Shown: piece after piece, positions 27,732-36,644 of the stretch
Layout of the letters: each line of letters starts with the position of its first letter
How positions within the stretch are numbered: the stretch's first letter is position 1
Assembly (NCBI GenBank): GCA_041908795.1
Contig: JAYRER010000023.1
Location: 1-45,932 of the forward strand
Source of the DNA: Minisyncoccota bacterium
GTDB taxonomy: Bacteria; Patescibacteriota; Minisyncoccia; Phycocordibacterales; UBA12088
Direction: 5' to 3'
Length of the DNA: 45,932 nt
Position numbers and translations under genes: made by a program
The notes under the pieces: generated by a model
Seen by the model: only the letters and a program-made list of their open reading frames with translations
Told to the model about the DNA's origin: nothing
The model's database searches: none

Positions 27732-28001
27732 TTACCCGGCACTTTCCAAACTTCGTTGTACGCGCTTTCTCAAATGTCCGAGACCGGCTCCATAGTTCTT
27801 CAGAGCCGCTTCTCGTTCACGAGCATCTTGCTCATTGAGATATGCTTCGTAATAAACTAGATGCCATGGTTTATGTTTAGCTGTAAAGTCACGAGAAGCG
27901 CGCTCTGAATTATGATGTTTCAGCCGCTGTTTCAAGTCACTCGTAAAGCCAGTGTAGAGAAAGCGCGTTGATGCACCTTTCAATACATAGACATAATACA
28001 T
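27732..28001 (-). CDS. small GIY-YIG (URI-domain, COG2827-like) nuclease encoded inside the 16S gene
   Basis: 89 aa (MYYVYVLKG...[17 protein letters not shown]...EREAALK) with GIY, YIG, Arg and Glu motif positions all present. It is on the same strand as the rRNA. The last 4 codons and the stop lie in the 3' arm of the closing stem. Confidence 0.8.
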   Translation of the reverse strand: MYYVYVLKGASTRFLYTGFTSDLKQRLKHHNSERASRDFTAKHKPWHLVYYEAYLNEQDAREREAALKNYGAGLGHLRKRVQRSLESAG

Positions 28002-28037
28002 GGCAATATTCTAGCACAAAGACTAGAAAGTGCCGGG
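27735..28037 (-). mobile_element. 303-bp hairpin-bounded insertion in 16S (helix 9 region, ~E. coli 180-195) carrying the GIY-YIG gene
   Basis: Arms CCCGGCACTTTC (27735-27746) and GAAAGTGCCGGG (26-37 of the 28000 block: 28026-28037) are exact reverse complements. No group I core motifs are present. The flanks align to the 16S helix 8-10 region. Confidence 0.75.
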
Positions 28038-28152
28038 ACCATCGGGAATTATCTAACCTTTCGGCTAGTTATGCCCGAGACCGGGGTACGTACCTACGTG
28101 TTACTACCTCGTCTGCCGTGGGTCTAAACCCACTCGACTTGCATGCCTTATC

Positions 28153-28191
<39 letters not shown>

Positions 28192-28412
28192 AAACAATAA
28201 CCGTTACCGAGGTCTTACGACCCTTCCACGGCTGTTTAAGTTGAACTCAAACAATAGTTAAGGAATCATTTTTTGAACTGTGTCGGTAGCCTATTGCTAG
28301 GCGTCCGACACGGACGGAACAAAAGAGAACACAATCTTTTTTGTTCCATGTGTTTGCATGTATGAAGTTGTCAATGACCCATCAAAAACTGCCCCTTCTT
28401 GGCAGTGGAACA

Positions 28413-28440
28413 AGTATACTTATCCCCAGCCCTCCGTCAA
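28413..28440 (-). promoter_or_regulatory. candidate sigma-70-type promoter for the 16S operon
   Basis: On the minus strand, TTGACG-N16-TATACT. It lies about 215 nt upstream of the 16S 5' end. Confidence 0.55.
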
Positions 28441-28478
28441 GGGCACTTAAAGGGTACCGTGCGGTATAGTAAGGAGTA

Positions 28479-29171
28479 ATGAAGAAGACAGAAACCATCG
28501 TTATTTCAGTGGGTGGCTCGCTCATCGTTCCCAAAGAGCTTGATGTTGGATTCCTTAAGAAATTCAAACGTTTTGTGCTCGAAGAGGTTGCTCACGGGCG
28601 CCAATTCGCCATAATAACCGGTGGAGGTAAAACGGCGAGAAAATACCAGCAGGCTGCCGGGAAGGTCTCGAAACTTGCTCCTGATGACCTCGACTGGCTG
28701 GGACTCCACGCTACCCGTCTCAACGGCCATCTCCTACGCACCATATTCAGGGACATTGCCCATCCGGTAATGATTACGAACCCGGATGACGTGCTCGATG
28801 TCCCAAGGAGCGCAAAGCTTATCGTTGCCGCGGGGTATCGTCCTGGGGCGTCAACCGACTTGCGTGCAGTGCAGATAGCCGCACATCTACGCGCGGGAAA
28901 GGTCATTAACCTCTCAAACATAGACTACGCGTATACCAAAGACCCGAACAAATTCAAGGATGCGGAGAAGATAGTGACGGCCTCGTGGAGAGAGTTTCGC
29001 GCCCTCCTCCCTCCTAACTGGGATCCGGGCCTCAATGCCCCCTTCGACCCTGTTGCCGCGCGTGAAGCGGAACGGCTTGGCATTGAAGTCGCAATCATCA
29101 ATGGTGCAAAACTCGGTGAGGTGCGGAAGTACCTCGAGGGGAAGACGTTTGTGGGGACGGTGGTGCGGTAG
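28479..29171 (+). CDS. pyrH: UMP kinase, archaeal-type (amino-acid kinase fold)
   Basis: 230 aa. ISVGGSLIVP, IITGGGKTARKY and AAGYRPGASTD motifs. AAGGAG lies just upstream of the ATG. Confidence 0.8.
   Translation: MKKTETIVISVGGSLIVPKELDVGFLKKFKRFVLEEVAHGRQFAIITGGGKTARKYQQAAGKVSKLAPDDLDWLGLHATRLNGHLLRTIFRDIAHPVMITNPDDVLDVPRSAKLIVAAGYRPGASTDLRAVQIAAHLRAGKVINLSNIDYAYTKDPNKFKDAEKIVTASWREFRALLPPNWDPGLNAPFDPVAAREAERLGIEVAIINGAKLGEVRKYLEGKTFVGTVVR
29003..29158 (+). repeat. direct repeat copy 1 (functional pyrH 3' end)
   Basis: 156 bp, nearly identical to 29857-30012 (offset 854 bp). Confidence 0.9.
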
Positions 29172-29194
29172 GTGAGTACCAAATCGGCTGTGCA

Positions 29195-29479
29195 CTACAT
29201 CTTGAAAAGCTGTGCATGCGTACCGATAGTAACTAATGTCAACACAAGAACGCTGTCATCTACCTGATACACAAGCAGTATGTCGGGTGCGATGTGACAT
29301 TCGCGGAACAAACGCAAGTTGCCGGTAAGGTGGTGGTCTCGGAAACTCGCCGGTAACGTGTCGCCATTCGATAACGTTTGTATCGCTAACTTGAATTTTT
29401 CCGGCTTAAATCCTGGAAGTTCGCGGACCTTCTTTAATGACTTCTTGAAGCGTACGCTGTAATGAACCGTATACTTCAT
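29195..29479 (-). CDS. yafQ: type II toxin, YafQ/RelE family mRNA interferase
   Basis: 94 aa. DHHLTGNLRLFRECHIAPDILLVYQ...IGTHAQLF matches the YafQ signature. Confidence 0.85.
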   Translation of the reverse strand: MKYTVHYSVRFKKSLKKVRELPGFKPEKFKLAIQTLSNGDTLPASFRDHHLTGNLRLFRECHIAPDILLVYQVDDSVLVLTLVTIGTHAQLFKM

Positions 29480-29482
29480 GGG

Positions 29483-29758
29483 TTACAATTCTAGGTCAGC
29501 AAACAACTTGTCCAGATTGTGGTACCCCTTGCCGGTTCGTTTTGCTTCCTCGGTTTCCTTCACCAGAGCCTGTTCTTGAGCAAGCGTAAAGCCGTTCTCG
29601 GTGCGCAAATCAATCGGAATACCCTGGCGATTTATCACATTCACAAGAAAGAGTTTCACCGCACTCGACATGTCGAGCCCCAGCGCTTCAAGCGTCTTCC
29701 GCGCCGCTCTCTTTGTCTTTGCATCAATACGTATTTGAATAGTATCTTGTGTGTTCAT
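29483..29758 (-). CDS. dinJ: type II antitoxin, DinJ/RelB family
   Basis: 91 aa. IQIRIDAKTKRAARKTLEALGLDMSSAVKLFL is a ribbon-helix-helix DinJ-like N-terminus. It ends 3 nt upstream of the toxin gene. Confidence 0.85.
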   Translation of the reverse strand: MNTQDTIQIRIDAKTKRAARKTLEALGLDMSSAVKLFLVNVINRQGIPIDLRTENGFTLAQEQALVKETEEAKRTGKGYHNLDKLFADLEL

Positions 29759-29856
29759 GGACCAAGTCTACTCCGTGTAATGACATTGTCAATACGCTCG
29801 TTGTCCTAGCTTCCATGTGTTCCCGTGAGACAGTAGTCCCCGATACGACCGTATAA

Positions 29857-30012
29857 CCTCCTCCCTCCTAACTAGGATCCGGGCCTCAATGCCCCCTTCG
29901 ACCCTGTTGCCGCGCGTGAAGCGGAACGGCTTGGCATTGAGGTCGCAATCATCAATGGCGTCAAGCTCGGTGAGGTGCGGAAGTACCTTGAGGGGAAGAC
30001 GTTTGTGGGGAC
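29857..30012 (+). pseudogene. direct repeat copy 2: orphaned pyrH 3' end with in-frame TAG
   Basis: Same 156 bp as 29003-29158. TGG has become TAG (ctaactGgg versus ctaactAgg), and the sequence after GTFVG diverges. Confidence 0.85.
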
Positions 30013-30046
30013 AAAGGTATACACTGGTAGTATACTGACACCTTAG

Positions 30047-30442
30047 GTGTTTCTTAGAGAGGAGAGGTCAGTGGCAGACAATTGTTTTAGAGAACTGGAG
30101 AGACGGTTTGGATACCCGATGGGCGAGTTTAAGCCTATTGCATCTTTGCATCGAGATGGTTTGCTCGTAGTATCCGTAAAGGATACATCATGTAACGAAA
30201 CGAACAACGTGATGCTCTTGTCGCTTCGACATGACAATCAAACAAAACAGGTGTGCGGCTTCTCAGTAGACGTACATTCAATAGCGCAGGACACCTCGAC
30301 CATCAGGCTCCTCGTCAAAGCAATGTGGTTTGACATCGTTCATCCGCACACGAAATCACCAAATCTGCTTAGACGATTGCAGATGTACGCAATCGCAGCA
30401 AAACTGCTTTTGCAGTATCCCATTACACGAACTGTCCTCTAA
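30047..30442 (+). CDS. hypothetical protein (weak call)
   Basis: 131-aa ORF in an otherwise unassigned gap. No motif or clear RBS. Confidence 0.3.
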   Translation: MFLREERSVADNCFRELERRFGYPMGEFKPIASLHRDGLLVVSVKDTSCNETNNVMLLSLRHDNQTKQVCGFSVDVHSIAQDTSTIRLLVKAMWFDIVHPHTKSPNLLRRLQMYAIAAKLLLQYPITRTVL

Positions 30443-30679
30443 CGGTTTCTAGCAACTGCGCGCAGCGATCCCTGCGCGCAGTTTCTTACCAAGTAGTGGC
30501 CGCACGTAAACTGGTACGTAGTACCTGTTCAACTGCTCAAACCATGCTCCTGCATCTACACAATATTTAATACACATCCGCAAAAGAGCGTGGTTGTTTT
30601 GCACACTCACAGCCGCGTTCACGAGGAAACTGAATAAGAAAGTGTTGAGCGAACGCATCTTATTACACGTTTCCCTGCA

Positions 30680-31249
30680 TCATGAGGCTGTGGGAATTCC
30701 GAGTGTTCCCATAAGGGCATCCACTGCGTGCACAAGATCTTCCACAGTACCGTTGTTCATGAGAGTATGATCCGCCGCACGCATGACCGCCGCCTTTTGC
30801 ATGCCATGCGGGTCGGGGTCGTTCATTTCGAGCTCTTCGTGCCGTATGAATTCCTCGAATGAAATAAAATCACTTTCGGAGCCGCGTACGCGAATACGCT
30901 CGTAGCGCACGTGCACCTCTGCATCAACCGCAATGAGCGTCCCTCCGTAGTCATGGAGTGCTTCAACCTCCGCGAGCGCACGAAGCGAATCAACGACGAC
31001 ATGTGTCCATCCCTCCATGACCGCGCACTCATGGAATGTTCGCATGAGGTACGCATCCCCTTGCGCGCGGCGCAACTCATTTGCCTTCTGCCGCATACCC
31101 GCACGATCGATTTCTCGCCCCTCTTTGGTGAGCGCGTCCGTGAGGAGCGCGCGCGCCGAACAGTGCACGAAGCCGTAGCGGGCGGTGAGGTATTTCACCA
31201 CCGTCCCCTTGCCCGCTCCATCCGTTCCGGTCATACCAAGGAGCACCAT
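30680..31249 (-). CDS. P-loop nucleotide/nucleoside kinase-like protein
   Basis: 189 aa. N-terminal Walker A GMTGTDGAGKGTV. Its size and layout are those of small NMP/dephospho-CoA kinase-like enzymes. Confidence 0.65.
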   Translation of the reverse strand: MVLLGMTGTDGAGKGTVVKYLTARYGFVHCSARALLTDALTKEGREIDRAGMRQKANELRRAQGDAYLMRTFHECAVMEGWTHVVVDSLRALAEVEALHDYGGTLIAVDAEVHVRYERIRVRGSESDFISFEEFIRHEELEMNDPDPHGMQKAAVMRAADHTLMNNGTVEDLVHAVDALMGTLGIPTAS

Positions 31250-31255
31250 ACGCTC

Positions 31256-32182
31256 CTACAACTTCTGCTCTGCCATGGGTCGCCGACTCTGCCATCGCTC
31301 GTAGTACACAAGGAGCGGCGCGGCAAGGAAGAGTGAGCTATACGCGCCCGCAACCACGCCGATTGCGAGCGTGAACGTGAATGCGCGAGTGGGCTCACCG
31401 CCAAAAATAAAAATGGCAAGTACGGCAAGAAGTGTGGTGACGGAAGTGTAGAGCGAGCGCACCCACGTTTGAGAGAGGGAGCGCCCCACAATTTCGGAAA
31501 ACGACTCCTCAATACGCTTCTCTTCGTTCTCACGCAGGTTCTCACGCACACGATCAAATATAACAATGGTATCGTTCACGCTGTATCCGAGAATAGTGAG
31601 AAGTGCGGTCACAAAGAGTATATCGACCTCCGCACCAGCAACTACACCCAAAACCGCGAAAAATGCGGAGGGTACAAGGATGTCGTGCACAAGTGCAATA
31701 ATGACAATCATTCCGTACACCCACGATGACACGGGTTTTGAAACATGACGAAAGGCGAACGCCACATATAAAATGATGAGGAGAATCACGATGCCAATAG
31801 CAACGAGTGCTTTACGAGACAACTCTTCACCAATAACCGGTCCAATGGTGGTGTGCCGCTTCTCGATAAGCGGAGCAGTTGCATCAAGCGAAAGAGCGGC
31901 AAGCGCGCTATCGTGCCCTGCGGGAGAAAGTTCGCGCGCGCGAACGAGGTACCCCAGCTCCCCTATGGCACGCAGTGAAAACGACTCCACGGCGGCCTCG
32001 ACAAGAGCCTGTTCCACCGCACTTTTGTCCGGCCGCACGCCTTCGTACTCCACCTCGATGAGGGTGCCTCCCGTAAAGTCAATAGAAGGGCGCACCCCAA
32101 GAATGCCAATGAGTCCCGCACACACAACGAGGTAGATCCCTGAAGCAAAGAAAATATATTTACTGTAGCGCAGGAGGTTCAT
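31256..32182 (-). CDS. secF: protein translocase subunit SecF
   Basis: 308 aa. IDFTGGT motif and six TM helices. Overlaps the secD stop. Confidence 0.9.
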   Translation of the reverse strand: MNLLRYSKYIFFASGIYLVVCAGLIGILGVRPSIDFTGGTLIEVEYEGVRPDKSAVEQALVEAAVESFSLRAIGELGYLVRARELSPAGHDSALAALSLDATAPLIEKRHTTIGPVIGEELSRKALVAIGIVILLIILYVAFAFRHVSKPVSSWVYGMIVIIALVHDILVPSAFFAVLGVVAGAEVDILFVTALLTILGYSVNDTIVIFDRVRENLRENEEKRIEESFSEIVGRSLSQTWVRSLYTSVTTLLAVLAIFIFGGEPTRAFTFTLAIGVVAGAYSSLFLAAPLLVYYERWQSRRPMAEQKL

Positions 32183-33534
32183 ACGGTGGTGGTCTTTTGC
32201 GGTGGGATACGAAACAGCAATCTGGTGAGTGAGGATGACTCATGCGCTCCGAGGGAGAGCATGAGCACGCGAGTCACGGTAAGTGCACTAAACATTGAGA
32301 CACAGATACCTATCGCAAGCGTGAACGCGAAGCCCTGCACACTTGACGTGCCTATCCAATAGAGCACCGCGGCCGAGAGCAGTCCCGTGAGATTACCATC
32401 ACGAATAGGAAGCCATGCGCGGGCAAACCCTTCCGTGATGGCGTCTGTAAGCCCCTTCCCTGTACGGAGCTCATCACGCATGCGCTCAAAGATAAGAATG
32501 TTCGCGTCAACCGCCATACCGAGCGATAGAATAAACCCCGCGATGCCGGAGGCGGTCAGGGTGACCGGAATGAGCTGGTAGAGTGAGAGGTTCACGAGGA
32601 GGTAGAAAAGAAGCGCAAATGACGCAAAGAGCCCCGGCAAGCGGTACACGAGCACCAAAAACACCATAATGGCACCCATACCGATAGCACCGGCTATCGC
32701 ACCCTTTTTGAGCGTCTCCGCGCCAAGCGTCGCGCCTACGGTATTCGTTGAAGCGAGCACGACAGGCACCGGGAGCGCGCCTATATTGAGGTTGCGCACA
32801 AGCTCGCGCGCCTCCTCGGGAGTGAAGTTTCCACTGATGACTGCGGTCCCACCCTCAATTGGCTCTCGTATCACCGGCTCGGAGATACTCACTCCATCGA
32901 GAAATATCGCGAGCTGACGACCGACATGTTCTTTCGTAATGGTGCCGAAAAGCGCTTTCCCCTCGTCATTGAAATTGACGTGAACGGTCGGCTCGTTCGG
33001 TATGCCCTGACCTGTGCCGTTTGCAAACACAAGCGCGGCATCCGCCACAAAGCGACCGGTGAGTCCCGTCTCTGCGTAACGCTCTTCGGTTGCGGTTGCC
33101 ACTTCATTCGTCACGAGCTTAAACTCAAGCACAGGCGTTTTTCCAATCTGTGCCACCGCCTCTTCGATAGCATTCACGCCGGGAAGCTCTACGATGAGTC
33201 GCTCGGTCGAGGTGCCACCCGAGAGCGCGCTCGCCTTTTCCGTCTGAACCAATGGTTCGCCCACCCCAAACACATTCACCCGTCGTTCAATCACATCGCG
33301 CAGTGCCCGCATCGCTTCTGGGACATCCTCTTGTGGAAGCGTGCTCGTATCGGCTTCATAGATAAGCTGGGTGCCCCCTATAAGGTCGAGTCCGAAGTGG
33401 AACGGTCGTTGAGCGTCCTCGGCGTAATTCGATATAACGAACCAGCTGATAAGGCCCGCGAGTACCAATATCCAGAAAAGGCCTATCCTAGCTGAAAGCA
33501 TGGTAGGAAAAGTATAGCTTTTTTTTATCACCAT
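32179..33534 (-). CDS. secD: protein translocase subunit SecD
   Basis: 451 aa. GLDLIGGT motif, a periplasmic domain and a C-terminal 6-TM domain. GGAAGT lies 3 nt upstream of the ATG. Confidence 0.9.
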   Translation of the reverse strand: MVIKKSYTFPTMLSARIGLFWILVLAGLISWFVISNYAEDAQRPFHFGLDLIGGTQLIYEADTSTLPQEDVPEAMRALRDVIERRVNVFGVGEPLVQTEKASALSGGTSTERLIVELPGVNAIEEAVAQIGKTPVLEFKLVTNEVATATEERYAETGLTGRFVADAALVFANGTGQGIPNEPTVHVNFNDEGKALFGTITKEHVGRQLAIFLDGVSISEPVIREPIEGGTAVISGNFTPEEARELVRNLNIGALPVPVVLASTNTVGATLGAETLKKGAIAGAIGMGAIMVFLVLVYRLPGLFASFALLFYLLVNLSLYQLIPVTLTASGIAGFILSLGMAVDANILIFERMRDELRTGKGLTDAITEGFARAWLPIRDGNLTGLLSAAVLYWIGTSSVQGFAFTLAIGICVSMFSALTVTRVLMLSLGAHESSSLTRLLFRIPPQKTTTV

Positions 33535-33552
33535 GCAACTTCCTCTGAAGTG

Positions 33553-34404
33553 CTAACGTGGTAGAACGTGCTCTTTTTGGCGTTTTTTGAGCATTGCGAG
33601 CGTGAGGAGATTTTCAAAAATTTTTACCACCGTAATGGGACCCAAGCCTCCGGGCACTGGTGAAAAAAGCGCGGCTCTCTTGGCACATGCTGTGTCGGCG
33701 TCACCCTTAAGCACTCCCTCCGCTTCACTGGTACCCGCATCAAGGACCAACGCACCCTCCTTGACCATATCGGGGGTAAGGAGTCCCGGTACGCCGGCGC
33801 CAAGGATAACGGCATCCGCCTCTCTTGCGAGCGACGCTACGTCGTCGCTATGCTTGTTTACGCTCGTGACAATGCCCCCTTGTTTTTTTGCCCAAATGGC
33901 CGCGGGCGCTCCTACAAGCCTTCCTTCCCCAACCACAAGCACCTTTCTCCCTGCGAGACGAAACCCATAGTGGTCCAGTATGGCCGCCATCGCACCCACC
34001 ACCGGGGGATGAAATGGGAGAGCCCCTTCGCGGTATGTATCGAATGCGGTATGCCCCAGCACATCAACATCATGGCTCAACGGAAATAGTTTGAGTATCG
34101 GCTCAAGCTCAAATGAAGAAGCGAGTGGAAGTTGGAGCACGATGCCATCGTACTCACGAGTAGTCTTCATAATCAGATCAAGCAAATCTTCGGTGGTTGC
34201 AAAAAGCCCAGGTCGCACGATTTCCACCTTCACGTTAAGATCCTTGGCTGTTTTTTGTTTATACTCAATGAATTTTTTCACCGCGAGATTTTCCTCGGTC
34301 ACGATAATGGCGAGCGAGAGCCGCCCCACTTCACTCATATGTTCCGCAAGCTCAGTGCGGACCTTGTCTGCAATTCCTCTCCCGTCTACAATAATACCCT
34401 CCAT
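33553..34404 (-). CDS. folD: bifunctional methylene-THF dehydrogenase/methenyl-THF cyclohydrolase
   Basis: 283 aa. VVGEGRLVGAPAA Rossmann motif and PVPGGLGPITV. Confidence 0.9.
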   Translation of the reverse strand: MEGIIVDGRGIADKVRTELAEHMSEVGRLSLAIIVTEENLAVKKFIEYKQKTAKDLNVKVEIVRPGLFATTEDLLDLIMKTTREYDGIVLQLPLASSFELEPILKLFPLSHDVDVLGHTAFDTYREGALPFHPPVVGAMAAILDHYGFRLAGRKVLVVGEGRLVGAPAAIWAKKQGGIVTSVNKHSDDVASLAREADAVILGAGVPGLLTPDMVKEGALVLDAGTSEAEGVLKGDADTACAKRAALFSPVPGGLGPITVVKIFENLLTLAMLKKRQKEHVLPR

Positions 34405-34473
34405 AGTAAGTACTCAATAGTAGCATCGTTTCGACAGCATAACCATCAAGGAAGTAGGACCTACCTCGTCACT

Positions 34474-35598
34474 TTATGTGAGATACGGTTCTTCCTCAGC
34501 TTTCGCTCGCTCTACGGTACGTCCGTAGCGACGCATTCCCATGAGAAGCCCCAATGCGAAGTACTCCGTCAGGAGATGCGAACCGCCGTATGACATGAGC
34601 GGCATTGTGGTGCCTGTAACAGGCAGAACCCCCACATTCATCCCGATATGAATGGAAGCATGTGCCATGAACCATGCAAGCACACCGAGCGCTGTGAGCG
34701 TCTCAAAATTTGTTGCACCGAAACGTGCAATAGAAAGCGTACGCCAAATAAGAATGCCGAAGAGTAACAATAGTACCAAGGTGCCGAGTACGCCCCACTC
34801 CTCAACGAATGCGGCAAATATGAAGTCAGTCTCAAACTCGGGAAGGAAATCAAGCTTCGATTGGCTCCCATACCCTATCCCCTTTCCAGTGAGTCCGCCT
34901 GAGCCGACCGCAATGACGGATTGGAGCGCGTTATACCCGGCGCCTTGGGTGTCCGCGAGTGGGTTGAGAAAAGTCATGATGCGCGTCTTTTGATACTCTT
35001 CGAACGCAGCAAACCAGAGCACTGATCCCGCAAGCCCCGCGACGAGAAAGACAAGTACCAGATGCTTTTTAGAGATCCCTGATACGAGCACCATGGAGAA
35101 CCATATTGCGGCTATAATCACCGCAGAACCAAAGTCAGGTTCAAGAAAGAGAAGCACAAAGAAAAGCAACATGTACGTACCGGAAACAAGGATATGACGA
35201 ATGTGTGCTATTTCCACATGTCGACGGGAGAAGTATTTGGCCAAAACGAGTACGAGCACGAACTGGGCAAGGTCTGCGGGTTGAAACGAGAGTATACCGA
35301 GGTCAAACCTGTTACGTGCACCTAACGTCATCTCACCAAAAAACAATACTAAAACCAACAGTGTGAGCACAAGCAGGTAGAGCGACACAAGCACGTTGGT
35401 ACGACGCAAGAATCGCACATCCAAGGAAGCAGGAAGTACCATTGCACAAAATGACATCACTATCCATACGAGTTGACGTTCAAAATACTGGCTTTCAGGA
35501 TTATGTGACTGCATCGTAATGAGCCCCGCGAGTGAAATGAGAAGTGAGGCACCCACGAGGAGCCAGTCAAGACGGGAAAGATAAGCACGCAACCCCAT
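34474..35598 (-). CDS. SEDS family peptidoglycan polymerase (FtsW/RodA)
   Basis: 374 aa, about 10 TM helices. Contains PEFETDFIFAAF and LPVTGTTMPLMSYGGS motifs. Confidence 0.9.
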   Translation of the reverse strand: MGLRAYLSRLDWLLVGASLLISLAGLITMQSHNPESQYFERQLVWIVMSFCAMVLPASLDVRFLRRTNVLVSLYLLVLTLLVLVLFFGEMTLGARNRFDLGILSFQPADLAQFVLVLVLAKYFSRRHVEIAHIRHILVSGTYMLLFFVLLFLEPDFGSAVIIAAIWFSMVLVSGISKKHLVLVFLVAGLAGSVLWFAAFEEYQKTRIMTFLNPLADTQGAGYNALQSVIAVGSGGLTGKGIGYGSQSKLDFLPEFETDFIFAAFVEEWGVLGTLVLLLLFGILIWRTLSIARFGATNFETLTALGVLAWFMAHASIHIGMNVGVLPVTGTTMPLMSYGGSHLLTEYFALGLLMGMRRYGRTVERAKAEEEPYLT

Positions 35599-35599
35599 G

Positions 35600-36397
35600 C
35601 TAGAGCGTCGGTGAAGGAATCACGATTGCATCCTCCTGTGCAGGAGGCGCACGTGGCACTAGTTCAATTCTCCCCACCTCACGAGGAAACGAACGAGGCC
35701 ATGTGAAAGTCACATTCGATCGTCCCCTTGAAAGCAGGAGCGGTACGATTGTCTCGCTCGCCGCCATGATGTTGTCGTCGGTATCAAATACGAGCGCTAC
35801 CACCTCTATGTTACGCACCTCAAAAAATTCTCGGTTAACCACGGACGCCGTAATACGTGGAAGGAAAGTCTCTTGTGTGAGTGTGGGTTGCTCTATATCA
35901 AGATCGATTGGGATGCGCAACGCGTACCAAACAGGCTCGTTTTCAAATTCTATAAAAGCTCGTGCTACGTACTCACCGGAGATGTCTATGCCACCCTCAA
36001 AAATGGGCACTACGGGATCTCCGTGAATAAATATACCACCTTCCCGCTCAGCAATGAGCGTGTTCGCCTCGTTGTAGAGTTTGAAACGGTATGCAACACG
36101 ATTCGTGTATGACTGTAGATTTGGGTTTTCCATATACGCGACAACACTCCAAAATCCGGGAGACACTTCGAGCGGCTGAACCCACTTGGTGAGAAGTCGC
36201 CTCGTCTCAGATATGCACCGCAGATCGCACACCCCACCACAATCTATCGCAAGTTCGTTCTGATTCATTTTTCCATCACCGCACGTAGGAGGCACATCGA
36301 GTAGCCACCACACAAATCCTCCTATCAGTAATACTACACACAGGAGTAACGCTCCGAGATACTCCACTTTTCTAGTTAACGACCATGAGACTAGCAT
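35600..36397 (-). CDS. hypothetical membrane-anchored protein
   Basis: 265 aa with an N-terminal TM helix followed by a CGDG..N..E..IDCGG.C..C motif. TATACT lies 7 nt upstream of the ATG. Confidence 0.6.
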   Translation of the reverse strand: MLVSWSLTRKVEYLGALLLCVVLLIGGFVWWLLDVPPTCGDGKMNQNELAIDCGGVCDLRCISETRRLLTKWVQPLEVSPGFWSVVAYMENPNLQSYTNRVAYRFKLYNEANTLIAEREGGIFIHGDPVVPIFEGGIDISGEYVARAFIEFENEPVWYALRIPIDLDIEQPTLTQETFLPRITASVVNREFFEVRNIEVVALVFDTDDNIMAASETIVPLLLSRGRSNVTFTWPRSFPREVGRIELVPRAPPAQEDAIVIPSPTL

Positions 36398-36411
36398 CGT
36401 AGTCAGTATAC

Positions 36412-36433
36412 AAAAAAAACCCCATCAGGGGGA
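36412..36433 (-). terminator. weak candidate terminator after the 5S rRNA
   Basis: On the minus strand, CCCCCTGATGGGG followed by TTTTTTTT. The stem is only 4-5 bp. Confidence 0.4.
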
Positions 36434-36505
36434 GGTGTGATAATTTCCACCAAAATACCGCACTACGGTCCATCTCTATACCGGACATGTATTGTTTCAA
36501 TGCTT

Positions 36506-36616
<111 letters not shown>

Positions 36617-36644
36617 AAATCTTGAAACATACTCAAATACTATT

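Noticed and set aside
30449-30658. 69-aa minus-strand ORF
   Set aside because: It has no RBS and no motif. Its composition is compatible with chance, and it sits in a gap next to another weak ORF. It remains unresolved rather than called.
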